Below, piece by piece: positions 19,002 to 30,146 of a stretch of 64,000 nt of DNA. The first letter of the stretch is position 1; each line of letters opens with the position of its first letter. The stretch comes from Candidatus Moraniibacteriota bacterium (lineage in GTDB: Bacteria > Patescibacteriota > Minisyncoccia > Moranbacterales > GCA-2747515): contig CP175956.1 in assembly GCA_046116545.1 (NCBI GenBank), forward strand, positions 577,734 to 641,733, in the 5' to 3' direction. The notes beneath the pieces are model-generated. The model was not told the origin of the DNA. It worked only from the letters and a program-made list of their open reading frames with translations, and did not search any database. A program made the translations under genes and the position numbers.

Positions 19002-19059
19002 TATTGTATATACTGCAAAAATATGGTATGATTTAATTTAATATTTTTTAGATATAAAA

Positions 19060-19635
19060 ATGGAGGTAACAAGAGCAGAATTTATAAAGAGTGTTGTAGG
19101 GTCACATAACCTGATTGTTGATGATTTGCCACAAATCTCGTTTGTTGGACGTTCAAATGTTGGTAAGTCTAGTGTAATAAATAAACTTGTTAATCAAAAG
19201 AAACTTGTTAAATCATCTAGTAAGCCAGGAAAAACTCAACATATTAATTTTTTCTTGATAAATGAAGATACTTATTTTGTAGATTTGCCGGGGTATGGAT
19301 ATGCAAAGCTGGGACTTAAGTATCGGGAGAAGTTGAGGAGACTTATTTTGTGGTATTTTATTTCTGGTGAAGCTCCAGTCACAAAAGTGGTAGTAATCAT
19401 TGATGCAAAGGCAGGATTGAGAGAATTTGATGTTGAAATGATTGCAGTACTTAGGGAACATAATCATCCATTCATAGTTGTTGCAAATAAGGTTGATAAA
19501 TTGAATCAAAAAAAATTGCATAAATCACTTATTCAGATACAGGGAAAACTTGGTGATGAAATAGAAATTTTTCAGTTCAGTGCCAAAACAGGTAAAGGAA
19601 GGGAAAAACTTTTAAATAATCTCTTGAGTGAATAG
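19060..19635 (+). CDS. engB: Ribosome biogenesis GTPase YihA/YsxC
   Basis: GRSNVGKSS, KPGKT, DLPGYGYA, NKVD, FSA. Confidence 0.95.
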   Translation: MEVTRAEFIKSVVGSHNLIVDDLPQISFVGRSNVGKSSVINKLVNQKKLVKSSSKPGKTQHINFFLINEDTYFVDLPGYGYAKLGLKYREKLRRLILWYFISGEAPVTKVVVIIDAKAGLREFDVEMIAVLREHNHPFIVVANKVDKLNQKKLHKSLIQIQGKLGDEIEIFQFSAKTGKGREKLLNNLLSE

Positions 19636-19643
19636 CTAACAGA

Positions 19644-20939
19644 TTATATTTTCTTTAAAGATAGTCCAGCTAGAATGAAAAAAGAAAGCAGTCCGAAATG
19701 AGATGTCCAAGGCCAGTGGTCAAAAAGTGAGATAAATAAAAATGAGATAAATAGTAATATAAACATAAATTGTGAAAGATTTATGTTTTTTCTTTGTAAA
19801 TAAATGTTGTATAAAATATAAAAAATAAATGATGTAAAGATAATAATTCCAATAAGCCCAAGTTCAGAAATTATTAGTAGATAAACATTATGGACTGGTT
19901 GAGTTTGCCAAATAGGGTTTGTATTTTGTGATAGGGTATGCAATGTATTTGTATAATTTCCAACGCCTGTTCCTAGTAAAGGACTTTCTTGAAAAAGATT
20001 TTTTGATTGGTTGATGTATAAAGTTCTATCTGTAATTGAATTGTGGGTAAGTGTCGAGTCTTGAGATGTTCTTATTGAGAATATAGACTGATAAAAAACA
20101 AAGAGCAAGATAATTGTTGAAGCTGTGACTAATGAAAATGGTAGGACTTGTTTTAATTTATATTTTTTATTTTTATAAATATAAATAATTATAAAAAATA
20201 TACATAAGAGGGTTGTTATCCATATCGTTCTAGAAAAAGTTAATAAAATATTAGCTGTAAAAAATGAGGAAATTAATAGTAAAATAAATTTGTATAAATT
20301 TTGTTTTTCTTCTAGATATAAATATAGACTAACTAAAAGTGCACATAGCATAAATCCTGCAAAAATATTTGGATGAGGAAAACCACCATAAATTCTAAGC
20401 CATCTTTCAGTATCAGTGTTAATAATGGCTGTGCCACCATGCCAGACATCATAAGTATTTAAGCCAAGAAATTTTTGTGAGAAAGTCTGTTGTGTTATGA
20501 ATTGTAGTAATCCAAGAATACTTTGTAAAAAAGCACTGATTATAAGAATTATACTTATAGTTTTAATTTTGAGGGGTACAATTTGAATTAGAAAAAAGAG
20601 GTCTATAATAATCGATAGTTTGAGCGCAAAATAGAATGCAAGCATTTTGTCAGTTGCCCAAAAAATAGACAAAAAACTCCACAGTGACAAGATAATTGCT
20701 AGTATGATTAGTTTTTGATTTTGTGTAATATATTCAAAAATTTTATCTTTATATAAATAAATGCTGAGTATAATCCATAGGAATAAGCTTATATCAGATA
20801 GGTATATACCAATAGTCCCATATTGCCATTTTTCACTACCATAAAAAACTTCACGTACTATATAAATAGTGTGCCATGGAATCAAAAAAATGAATGTATA
20901 AAATAAATAATTATTTATTTTATGTAAATTGAGGTTCAT
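19644..20939 (-). CDS. O-antigen ligase family membrane protein
   Basis: RIYGGFPHPN, TFSR, GTGVGNY, PVHNVYL...ELG. Confidence 0.88.
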   Translation of the reverse strand: MNLNLHKINNYLFYTFIFLIPWHTIYIVREVFYGSEKWQYGTIGIYLSDISLFLWIILSIYLYKDKIFEYITQNQKLIILAIILSLWSFLSIFWATDKMLAFYFALKLSIIIDLFFLIQIVPLKIKTISIILIISAFLQSILGLLQFITQQTFSQKFLGLNTYDVWHGGTAIINTDTERWLRIYGGFPHPNIFAGFMLCALLVSLYLYLEEKQNLYKFILLLISSFFTANILLTFSRTIWITTLLCIFFIIIYIYKNKKYKLKQVLPFSLVTASTIILLFVFYQSIFSIRTSQDSTLTHNSITDRTLYINQSKNLFQESPLLGTGVGNYTNTLHTLSQNTNPIWQTQPVHNVYLLIISELGLIGIIIFTSFIFYILYNIYLQRKNINLSQFMFILLFISFLFISLFDHWPWTSHFGLLSFFILAGLSLKKI

Positions 20940-20990
20940 TAAAAAATAACATTATAATTTAATATAATGTTATTTTATCATGAGTTGGTT

Positions 20991-22118
20991 TTAATATACA
21001 ATCACAGGCGTTCCAATTTCTGCCCAGCTATATAATGTTTGGGCAGGTCCTACTCCAAGTCGCATACATCCATGAGATACGGGTATCCCTAGGTGATTCT
21101 GACCTTCTTTGTAGCCACTAGGCCATTCAGGCAACTCATGAATCCCATATTTACCATTTGATGTGATAGCCATCCAATATGGCATAAATAGTTCATATTT
21201 TTTGGACCAAGGCCTAGGATGTTTATTGTAAATTTGATGAGTTCCTGTTGGTGTTGTCATGCCAGCTTTACCACTTGATATCAAAAATGTATTAATTACG
21301 TGCCCATTTTCAAAAATAGTCATTATCTGAGTGGTTAAATTCACATCAATATATTTGCCAGTTTCTATTTTTGCCTTGGTCAATTCTTTTGCTTCAATAA
21401 GTCTATCTTCTAATTTTTCTGACCATGTTTTTGGTTTTGGTGGGAGTGTTGTGAATGTTGTAGTGTGGAGTGGCGCATAATTTTCACTATCAGCACCATC
21501 AGCTTTTGCTCGTATGGTTAATGTGTATAATTGTCCAGCTACAAGAGGTTCTGTTGGCAAAATATCAAATTGTGTCTTTCTCGCATTGTTTTGGTATTCT
21601 AGAGGTACACTTGGTTCAAGATTGAAATCAATATAAAAACCTTCAGTTGATTTATCAAATTGAATTGTAATGGGATCTTCTATATCGAGTTGTACATTAG
21701 TTGCTCCAGAATGTGGAGTAATATCAATAATTTTTGGGTAATCTGTTGTTGTGAAGTTGAATGTACCATTTGTTATTTGTGTAAAGTTTTTTGCACGACC
21801 TTCGGGTATATTTACTGTATATGTTGTATTAACATCCCATCCTTTTGTAGGAGTTAATGTTATTTGTGTATGACTATCATTTATAATAGCTTGCATCGGG
21901 GTTTTGGGCAGTAGAGAAATATTATTTTGGTAGTATTTTTTTTCAATGGGTTTCTCAAAATTAATCGTGAATGATTCTGTAGGTAGTATTTCCTGATTGT
22001 TTTTATATGCTTGTGGAGAGAAAGAAAATGAGGGTGAAAATGCATATATATAAGCAGCTGTGAGCAGTGTAGGTAATAGTAGTATCATGAAAAAGAGTAT
22101 TTTTTTTGTTTTTGACAT
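20991..22118 (-). CDS. L,D-transpeptidase with Ig-like (Big_5) domains
   Basis: TPTG, YGIH, SHGCMRL catalytic motif. Confidence 0.9.
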   Translation of the reverse strand: MSKTKKILFFMILLLPTLLTAAYIYAFSPSFSFSPQAYKNNQEILPTESFTINFEKPIEKKYYQNNISLLPKTPMQAIINDSHTQITLTPTKGWDVNTTYTVNIPEGRAKNFTQITNGTFNFTTTDYPKIIDITPHSGATNVQLDIEDPITIQFDKSTEGFYIDFNLEPSVPLEYQNNARKTQFDILPTEPLVAGQLYTLTIRAKADGADSENYAPLHTTTFTTLPPKPKTWSEKLEDRLIEAKELTKAKIETGKYIDVNLTTQIMTIFENGHVINTFLISSGKAGMTTPTGTHQIYNKHPRPWSKKYELFMPYWMAITSNGKYGIHELPEWPSGYKEGQNHLGIPVSHGCMRLGVGPAQTLYSWAEIGTPVIVY

Positions 22119-22152
22119 ATTTATGGATTTGTAGAAATTAGGTTGTATAATC

Positions 22153-22890
22153 TTATTCTCTTGCTAAAACTAGGCAAAAGACTTTATCAGCACCAGCTTT
22201 TTTTAGTACCATAGCACATTCTTTTAGTGTTGTGCCTGTGGTTATCACATCATCTATTAGTAGTATGTTTTTATTAATGATTTTTGAAGTATCACTAATT
22301 ATAAATGCATTTGCTAAATTTTCTTGTCGTTTATTTTTATTTTTTACTTTTACTTGCGGTGCCGTATATTTTACTCTTAGTAGTATATCAGTATTTATAG
22401 GAATTTGTAAGTCAAGATTAATAGCTAGTAATTCTGCTTGATTGAAACCTCTCCATCGTAAACGTCTTTTATGTAGTGGTATGGGTATTATAATATCTGG
22501 AGATGGTAAAGATGAGTTTTGAAGTGATTGTGCTAACAGTAATGCTAACGGTTCAGATAGGGCATACACAAATCTATATTTGTAATAGTGGATAGATTTT
22601 TTTAGGAGTTTATCACTATAATGAGATGCAATAAAAACACCAGCTATAGAATTATTGGAAGATAATAAACATTTAGGACATACTTGTCCATTTTTTGTTT
22701 CATGTTTTTTGCAAATAGGGCAATGTTGCTCAGTCAAAATTGGAAGTGTTGAGTGACAGTTTGTGCAAATCCACTCATCAAATACTCCACATCCTAGACA
22801 CCTAATAGGAAAAAGACCATCCAAAATTATTTTTTGAATTCCATTTAAAAAAGCCTTCAAATTATTTAAGGGTGATTTTATTTTTGACAT
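22153..22890 (-). CDS. comF: ComF family protein (zinc ribbon + PRTase)
   Basis: CxxC clusters, RGFNQA, LLIDDVITTGTT. Confidence 0.92.
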   Translation of the reverse strand: MSKIKSPLNNLKAFLNGIQKIILDGLFPIRCLGCGVFDEWICTNCHSTLPILTEQHCPICKKHETKNGQVCPKCLLSSNNSIAGVFIASHYSDKLLKKSIHYYKYRFVYALSEPLALLLAQSLQNSSLPSPDIIIPIPLHKRRLRWRGFNQAELLAINLDLQIPINTDILLRVKYTAPQVKVKNKNKRQENLANAFIISDTSKIINKNILLIDDVITTGTTLKECAMVLKKAGADKVFCLVLARE

Positions 22891-25294
22891 AGTCTAATTT
22901 GATAGAAGTATTAGATGGATCTTCTATTATAGTATGAGCAATCTTTCCTTCTATGTGTTCTTGTATAAATTGACGTACTCCACGAGCACCATCTTTTTTG
23001 TCAAATGCAAAATTAGCAATATGTGAAATTAATTTTGGTGTAACTGTTAAGGTTTTACCTTTTGTTTTTAATCGTTTTTTTAATTCGTTCATTTCAATGC
23101 GTGAAATTTTTTGTAAGTCTTTTTTTGTAAGTTGATTGAATATTATTATATGATCCAATCTAGATAGTAACTCAGGGGATAAAATTTCTTTTGTGGCAGC
23201 ACTTATTTTTTTGTTGTATTGTTTTTTGTCAGGCTTTGCTTCTCCAAATCCTAAGTTTTTTATATTACTTATGTCAGTTCCACCTATGTTGGATGTTAAT
23301 ATTATAACCGTATTTTTGAAATTTATCTCTCTGCCACTAGCATCTGTTATTAATCCATCTTCTAGAATTTGTAGTAATATATTGAAAACATCAGGATGTG
23401 CTTTTTCAATTTCATCAAAAAGTACAACACTATGAGGATTGCGACGTACTTTTTCTGTAAGTGTGCCACCTTCGCCATATCCAACATATCCAGCAGGTGC
23501 TCCAAGAAGTTTTGATGTATTGTGTTTTTCCATTAGCTCACTCATATCAATGCGAATAAGTGCATTTTTGTTGTCATAAAGTTCATTAGCTAGAACTTTG
23601 GCTGTGAGAGTTTTACCAGTTCCTGTTGTTCCTAAAAAGAGAAAAGAGCCATTTGGACGATTTTCATTTCCGATGCCACTAGCACTACGTACAAGTGTAT
23701 CTGCTATTTTATGTAGTGCATTATCTTGACCAATAACATGGGCAGATAGTTGTTTTGATATATTTGATAATGTTTTTGTGGAGGTTTGTAATATTTTTGA
23801 AGCAGGTACACCAGTTTGTAATGAAACAGTTTGGGCAATATCATCACGATTCATTGTTAATGTATTTGATTGTATTTCTTTTTTCAAAAGATCTTGTTTA
23901 GCTGAAATTTCACATATCAAAGCATCCTCAGCTGCTTTGAATTGAGAAGCTTCTTCGTATTGTTCAGTCTGAACAAGGTCAGTTTTTTGCTCTATCAATC
24001 TTTTCAAATCAGTTTCAAGAGAAATTATTTGTTTACGTAAGTCACTTTTTGTATGTGCATTACAAAGTCTAGCAGCAGTTTCATCTAATATATCCAAAGC
24101 TTTATCTGGGAAAAATTGTTCAGGCAAGTATCTGTTGCTATACTCTACAGTTGCATCAAGGGCATCTTTAGTAATATTAATATTGTGATGGTTTTCAAAT
24201 GACTTTCGTACACCAGTTAAAATTTTACGAGTACTTGAAATATCTGATTCTTCTAAAACCAGTTTTTGAAAACGTCTTTCTAATGCGGGATCTTTTTCAA
24301 TGTGTTTTTTGTATTCACTTAGTGTTGTAGCTCCTATTATACGGACATTTCCACGAGCTAGAGCAGGTTTTAATATATTTGCAGCGTCTAAGCTACCTCC
24401 AATGTTACCAGTACCTATAATTGTATGAATTTCATCTATGAAAAGTATAATGTTTTTATTTTCTTGAGCTTCTGTTATTATATTTTTTAAACGTTGTTCA
24501 AACTCACCTCTAAAACTTGTTCCAGCAACTAATAATGTTAAATCAAGTGTGATTATTTCTTTGCCGTATAAGTAGTGGGGAGCATCAGGGCTTTTTGCCA
24601 GGTGGGCAATATGTTCAATGATTGCAGTCTTTCCAATTCCAGGTTCACCAATAATCATTGGATTATTTTTATTTTTTCTACCTAAAATTGTTGTGATCCT
24701 TTCGATATCGGAACTTCTGCCTATAAAAGGCTCAGCTTCACAATCAGAGATATTAGTACAAAATTGATCCAATGAAGAATCTGATGCAGTATCACCGCCA
24801 TTCATAAGAGCTGATAAATTTTCAATTCCAAAAAGACCTTGATTGTTGTGAGGCATTGGTGGTGACATATTAGGGTTTCCTTGTTGTTTTTTTGGTTTTG
24901 CCATTGCTAATATTTTTTGAACTGATGTATTCTCAGAATTAAGCAGTGCATAAACGAGATGTTCTGTGCCTACATAATTGTAACCAAATTCAGAAGCTAA
25001 AGCATGTGCATTAGTTATTATTTTTTTTACAGATTCAGATAATTTTATTTTAGACAAAACTTTTTTTTCAGTGATTTTAGTAGCAAAAATTTGTTGTTCA
25101 AATATTTTTTTAGAAAGTCCAATATTTTTTAAAACGGTTGTACCAACGCTGCCACGCTCCAAAAAAATACCATAAAGCAGATGTTTTGGTGTAATAGTAT
25201 TAGATTTATTGGCACTAGCAATTTTTTCAGCATGCATTAAGCTATTGCGTGCATGTAATGTTAATTTGTGTGTAATTGAATTTTTTTCAGACAT
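22862..25294 (-). CDS. clpC: ATP-dependent Clp protease ATP-binding subunit
   Basis: Clp-N repeats, GEPGIGKT, FIDEIH, UVR-like coiled coil, GTTGTGKT, IDMSE, GAPAGYVGY, FDEIEKAH. Confidence 0.92.
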   Translation of the reverse strand: MSEKNSITHKLTLHARNSLMHAEKIASANKSNTITPKHLLYGIFLERGSVGTTVLKNIGLSKKIFEQQIFATKITEKKVLSKIKLSESVKKIITNAHALASEFGYNYVGTEHLVYALLNSENTSVQKILAMAKPKKQQGNPNMSPPMPHNNQGLFGIENLSALMNGGDTASDSSLDQFCTNISDCEAEPFIGRSSDIERITTILGRKNKNNPMIIGEPGIGKTAIIEHIAHLAKSPDAPHYLYGKEIITLDLTLLVAGTSFRGEFEQRLKNIITEAQENKNIILFIDEIHTIIGTGNIGGSLDAANILKPALARGNVRIIGATTLSEYKKHIEKDPALERRFQKLVLEESDISSTRKILTGVRKSFENHHNINITKDALDATVEYSNRYLPEQFFPDKALDILDETAARLCNAHTKSDLRKQIISLETDLKRLIEQKTDLVQTEQYEEASQFKAAEDALICEISAKQDLLKKEIQSNTLTMNRDDIAQTVSLQTGVPASKILQTSTKTLSNISKQLSAHVIGQDNALHKIADTLVRSASGIGNENRPNGSFLFLGTTGTGKTLTAKVLANELYDNKNALIRIDMSELMEKHNTSKLLGAPAGYVGYGEGGTLTEKVRRNPHSVVLFDEIEKAHPDVFNILLQILEDGLITDASGREINFKNTVIILTSNIGGTDISNIKNLGFGEAKPDKKQYNKKISAATKEILSPELLSRLDHIIIFNQLTKKDLQKISRIEMNELKKRLKTKGKTLTVTPKLISHIANFAFDKKDGARGVRQFIQEHIEGKIAHTIIEDPSNTSIKLDYVKNKITLK

Positions 25295-25421
25295 AAAATA
25301 TTGTTAAGTTAGTACTCTATTATGCGCATATTTAATTTGTTTGTCAATGATTTCTTTGTATGTTCCTAGTTGTGTAGATATGTTACAATAGTATTATAAA
25401 ATAAATTATTAAAAATAAAGT

Positions 25422-28400
25422 ATGAAATTTTTTCTATCTAGCATCTTCACAATGTTATTTTTGTTTAATATACAAAGTATTGTTGCACAGGAAGTTACGC
25501 AAGATGATGTTAATGTAGTAGATGATTTATCTTTGACAGGATCGTTTGAAAATATAGAATTTGTAGATAATCAGCCGCTGTTAGATAGTGATGTAGATGG
25601 TGCGACATATGGCAGTGATGAGATATATGTACCAGAAGTGGTGGTAGAATTAAGTGATATATTGTTTGATGAAAATACTTATGAGCTTAATACTGTAACA
25701 ACGGTGACAAATACTACTGATACATTTTTGGCTAATCTAGAGTATACGCTGGAATTGGGAAAAGGTGATGAATTGGTAGAAAATGGAGATATCTTTGGAG
25801 CTACTGAATATGTATATCAAGAAACACATGACCTCGGTAAGTTGGCGCCATACGAGAAAAAGGAGTTTGAGCTTACGATGACAGTGCCAAATAATATCGA
25901 TCCAGCAAATTATGTTTTGCAAATTTTTGTCAATGATAAGAATTTGAAATTTCAAAATGGTACATACACAGAACAGCCGTTTGAATTATCGGGAACTGGC
26001 GGTCGCTTGACGGGGCTCAAGGTGTATTTTTACGCAGATCGTTATGGTGAAAAAACGTTTCCAGCAGCTGGACTTTCAACAGAACCAGATGATTATGTGA
26101 TGCTTATGTTGCCGCTTGATGAAAATCAAAGCGTAAAAGATCTCGTGGATGCTGGAGAGCAGTTGCGTGCAAAGGTGCAGATCTTTCGTACAGTAAAAGA
26201 TGGTGGTATGGTCAAAGAATTTGAGACGGGATTTGATCGCAAAGATGTAAATGGCCAAAATTCTATCACTGTTGATCTATTAGCTGATAATGAAGAGCTC
26301 AAAACTGGTGGTTCGTTTGATGTACATATTGCAGTATTAAATGAAGATGGGACAGAGTTATATGAGAGAAATATGCGGTGGCTTATTGAATTTGGACAGA
26401 TTGTTGGACGAGTTTTGAGTGTAGAATCTGGAAAGAATATGTACAAAAAGGGTGAGGCAATTGATCTTATGGTTACAACTGCACTTTTTAATTCTGAGGA
26501 TAAAAAAGGAAGATTTGATATTGTGTTGAAAGGGAGGAATGGCTTTGAACAAAAAATTACAAAGACAGTTACATTTGTTGGTGATGATGTGGAAGAAGTT
26601 CTTTTTTCTGATAAGAAGATTGAATCTGATGCACACCTTACGGATGTTGAAGTATCGTTAGTTGATGTTGAAAACAATATTGTAGTAGATGCTTACAATA
26701 CGGATATTGATTTTGACGAGATGTATGGTAGAGAAGTAGAAAAACAAAATGTTTTTCTAGTATTTTTGCAAAACAATAGATATATCATTTGGGTAGTGGG
26801 TACTATAATTTTTGGACTTTTAGCAATCGTGATCTATAAGACTATGGTAGGACGAAAGATGATGCGTATGGTGATAATAGTTCTTTTGGGAGTAAATATG
26901 TTTTTTATTACATCGTATGCTGTAGAGGCAGCGTGTGATTGTTCACGAACTCCAAGTGCTAATATTTGGATCACGCGTGCACCACCATCACGTGTAACAT
27001 GTGGTACTAATGCACGGATGGAAGTAGCGCTGCGCGTATCATGTCGCTCATGTATTAATGGAGTGGCAACACGAATCACCACGAGTGCTGGTACCAGAAA
27101 AGATTGGTCATATGGACATTATAGTAGTGCAACAAGATATTATGCATTTACACAGCGTATCTCACGAAGTACGCGGATGTGGGCAAAAGCATGGTTTATA
27201 CGTAATGGTTGTCATTGTTGTCCACGACCTGGTGGTAGTGGTTGTCATCCGGGCGTAACGAACGGGTCAATGTGTGGGATCAATGTTCCTATTGGGCAAG
27301 TTGCAAAAACGGTTACTTGTACAAATCCAGCACGTAACGGGGTATGTGGCACAAGACATAAGAGAACATATAATTATGATGCAGTTGGATGGGGTGGTTA
27401 TAGTCGTTGTAGTGTGGGAACACCTGTGCCGACATGGCCTTCATTTCCAGCTCAAGGAGCAACAACAACATGGACATGTAGTGGTTCAAATGGAGGTAGC
27501 ACGGCAAATTGTTGGGCAAAGAGGAGTGAACCGCCAAGAATTGATGGTGTATGTAAGCTACAAACATCCCCGATTAATACATTAGATAGTAAGCCGACAC
27601 AATCAAATTCAACTTTATGTAGTTCTGGAACTGCAACAACAATAACAGGAGATGGTTCTGTAGCAAGTCCATGGAGGTGGGATTGTAATGGATCCGGTCC
27701 AGTCCATACAGATCAAACGGGTTGTATTGTACGAATGAATCCAGGTAGATGTGGAACAACATCAACTCCATATGATTATAAAAGTGACTGGAATGGAACA
27801 GAAACATTTTGTAGCTTTGGTGTTGCAGTTCCAACACAAAATTCAAGTACCTTTCCTCAAATCGATGTTAATAATCCACAACCAATATCAACATCATGGA
27901 ATTGTAGAACTGTTGGAGGAGATAGCCCTACTTGTACAGCAATAAATAATCCACCATCAATAAGTTGTGGAGTTGCAAATAATGAGACAGAAATAAATAC
28001 AACGCCATCTCCAAGTTCAAGTTTATGCAGTGCTAATGCAGCTGAAATTAATTCACCAGCATTAAACAGTATAGGTAGATGGGAGTGGAATTGTAAATAT
28101 AATGGATTAAATCTAACAGCTGGACCATGTAGTGCACCATCATGCCTAGCAGGAGATCTACTAAACTATTCATCAAATGTGTACCTAAAACAAGATCCAA
28201 ATGATCAAACAGTTAGTGTATCAGTTGTGTGTGATAATCCAAATCCTCCTAAAATATGTTGTGACATAGATGCAGTAGAAGTAGGTTCGAATCCAGTGAA
28301 TAATCCAACACATATATGTACAGGAGAAGGAACAAAAGAAATAGTTGTGCCAGTAGCAGGAAGTTATCCAGCACAATGTTATTTTGTAGATCCTTCTGAT

Positions 28401-28604
28401 CCAACATGTGAGGACGACGGATCATGTCCGGATCCAGTAACAAAAACAGTTACAATATCAACTATGTGTGCTCAAAAAGAATGTAATGCACAAGGAAGCT
28501 GCCAATCAACACCAATAGCAGCTTCAGATCTAAGTCAATGTTCAAGTACATGTAATTCAAATGCAGATTGTTCTAGTGGTAGGATTATTGAGACTAGGCC
28601 ATAA
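25422..28604 (+). CDS. Large surface protein with internal TM segments and Cys-rich repeat C-terminal half
   Basis: Signal peptide, acidic beta-rich N-half, two hydrophobic segments near aa 455-500, repeated GxC...C...WxC...C modules. Confidence 0.8.
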   Translation: MKFFLSSIFTMLFLFNIQSIVAQEVTQDDVNVVDDLSLTGSFENIEFVDNQPLLDSDVDGATYGSDEIYVPEVVVELSDILFDENTYELNTVTTVTNTTDTFLANLEYTLELGKGDELVENGDIFGATEYVYQETHDLGKLAPYEKKEFELTMTVPNNIDPANYVLQIFVNDKNLKFQNGTYTEQPFELSGTGGRLTGLKVYFYADRYGEKTFPAAGLSTEPDDYVMLMLPLDENQSVKDLVDAGEQLRAKVQIFRTVKDGGMVKEFETGFDRKDVNGQNSITVDLLADNEELKTGGSFDVHIAVLNEDGTELYERNMRWLIEFGQIVGRVLSVESGKNMYKKGEAIDLMVTTALFNSEDKKGRFDIVLKGRNGFEQKITKTVTFVGDDVEEVLFSDKKIESDAHLTDVEVSLVDVENNIVVDAYNTDIDFDEMYGREVEKQNVFLVFLQNNRYIIWVVGTIIFGLLAIVIYKTMVGRKMMRMVIIVLLGVNMFFITSYAVEAACDCSRTPSANIWITRAPPSRVTCGTNARMEVALRVSCRSCINGVATRITTSAGTRKDWSYGHYSSATRYYAFTQRISRSTRMWAKAWFIRNGCHCCPRPGGSGCHPGVTNGSMCGINVPIGQVAKTVTCTNPARNGVCGTRHKRTYNYDAVGWGGYSRCSVGTPVPTWPSFPAQGATTTWTCSGSNGGSTANCWAKRSEPPRIDGVCKLQTSPINTLDSKPTQSNSTLCSSGTATTITGDGSVASPWRWDCNGSGPVHTDQTGCIVRMNPGRCGTTSTPYDYKSDWNGTETFCSFGVAVPTQNSSTFPQIDVNNPQPISTSWNCRTVGGDSPTCTAINNPPSISCGVANNETEINTTPSPSSSLCSANAAEINSPALNSIGRWEWNCKYNGLNLTAGPCSAPSCLAGDLLNYSSNVYLKQDPNDQTVSVSVVCDNPNPPKICCDIDAVEVGSNPVNNPTHICTGEGTKEIVVPVAGSYPAQCYFVDPSDPTCEDDGSCPDPVTKTVTISTMCAQKECNAQGSCQSTPIAASDLSQCSSTCNSNADCSSGRIIETRP

Positions 28605-28778
28605 GCTTAAGAATAAAAAATATTTTTAAAACCTCACTTTTTGCAAAAAGTGAGGTTTTTGACAAAACTGATTTTTTATGATATACTATGTGTAGTGAGA
28701 AATCGGGTGATTTGTATGAGCTTTTGTTCGTGCGATTACTCGATTTTTTTCTTTTGTAACTTGTCTAAAAACAAAAAT

Positions 28779-28949
28779 ATGGTTCATGATAAACATTGCT
28801 CTGTTTGTGATGGAGATAATGTGCAGGAAGAAGTTGTGAAGAAGGGGCATGAAAAAATAGAGCAAAAGGAGGATATATCTTTTGCAGCATTACTTGCACT
28901 TGTGCCAGCAATGACTATGACACTTTTTAATCTTATGGGACTTATTTAA
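28779..28949 (+). CDS. Small membrane protein with CxxC
   Basis: MVHDKHCSVC...hydrophobic C-terminus; ATG 28779 preferred. Confidence 0.55.
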   Translation: MVHDKHCSVCDGDNVQEEVVKKGHEKIEQKEDISFAALLALVPAMTMTLFNLMGLI

Positions 28950-29050
28950 AATAAGATTAATAAAAAACAGATAATCAAAGCATCTGTTTTTTATTTTGAA
29001 AGTTTATTATAATGAATAAGTATAGTAATATATAAGTTATTAATTTATTA

Positions 29051-29455
29051 ATGAATTTTTTCATGAAAGAATATAAGATGTTTATTTGGGTAGGTATTTT
29101 TATGGTTTTTGCTGTAGGAGGCCTAGTTTGGCTTGCTGGACAAAGTGAAGATATTGTAGCAGAAGATAAAATAGAGCTGAATATGGACGGGATAACTTTA
29201 TTTTATGGAGACGGATGTCCACATTGTGAAGATGTTGATAAATTTAATGAGGAAAATGCTATAAAAAATAAGGTAGTTTTTGATGAATTGGAAGTTTGGA
29301 AAAATAAAGAAAATGCTGATCTCTTAGAAGAAGCGGCAACTATATGTGAATTTGATTTGGATACGATAGGAGTTCCTTTTCTTTTTTCAGATAATGAATG
29401 TTATATAGGCGGTCCTGATGTACAGGAATTTTTTAAGAAGGAGGCTGGACTATAA
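29051..29455 (+). CDS. Membrane-anchored glutaredoxin/thioredoxin-fold protein
   Basis: CPHC and GVP motifs. Confidence 0.85.
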   Translation: MNFFMKEYKMFIWVGIFMVFAVGGLVWLAGQSEDIVAEDKIELNMDGITLFYGDGCPHCEDVDKFNEENAIKNKVVFDELEVWKNKENADLLEEAATICEFDLDTIGVPFLFSDNECYIGGPDVQEFFKKEAGL

Positions 29456-29530
29456 AAAGTATGTGAGTAAATAAAAACCATGGAATTAATTCCATGGTTT
29501 TTAAAATAGGTATAATTTAAGAGACTGATT

Positions 29531-30094
29531 TTATTTGTCAGACCTACTTACATAAGTGCCACTTTCCGTATTTATTATGATATTTTCGCCAGTTTCTATA
29601 AAAAGAGGAGTTGTTATCTTTGCTCCAGTAATTACAGTTACTAATTTATCACCACCTGATTGAGTATCTCCTTTTAATCCAGGAGGAGCTTCTGTGACTT
29701 CTAATGTTACTTTTACAGGGAGTTCAATATTAATTGGATTATCATTAAAATTTAACATAGTCACTTCAAGACCTTCTGTGAGGTAATCTTTTGCATCACC
29801 AATAGCCTTTTCGCCAATCACGAATTGATCATAGGTTTCATTGTCCATGAAGTTAAAATTTTCTCCTTCAGTATATAAAAATTGAGCTTTTGATTTAGAC
29901 ATATCAGCTTCTTGGACTTTGTCAGAGCCTTGAAATGTTTTTTCCATTACAGCTCCGTTTGTTAGGTTCTTTAACTTTGTACGCATTACAGCTCCAGCTC
30001 GTCCCATCTTAGAGTGTTCATTATATATAATTGCATAAGGAGTATTATCTAGCACAATTTTTTTGCCAGTTTTTAAATCACTTATATTTAACAT
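29531..30094 (-). CDS. efp: Elongation factor P
   Basis: KMGRAGA loop, YDQ, PGLKGDT. Confidence 0.95.
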   Translation of the reverse strand: MLNISDLKTGKKIVLDNTPYAIIYNEHSKMGRAGAVMRTKLKNLTNGAVMEKTFQGSDKVQEADMSKSKAQFLYTEGENFNFMDNETYDQFVIGEKAIGDAKDYLTEGLEVTMLNFNDNPINIELPVKVTLEVTEAPPGLKGDTQSGGDKLVTVITGAKITTPLFIETGENIIINTESGTYVSRSDK

Positions 30095-30146
30095 AGTTTT
30101 ATTTTAGTTAAGACAAAAGGCGGACATAAGCCCGCCATCATAATAT

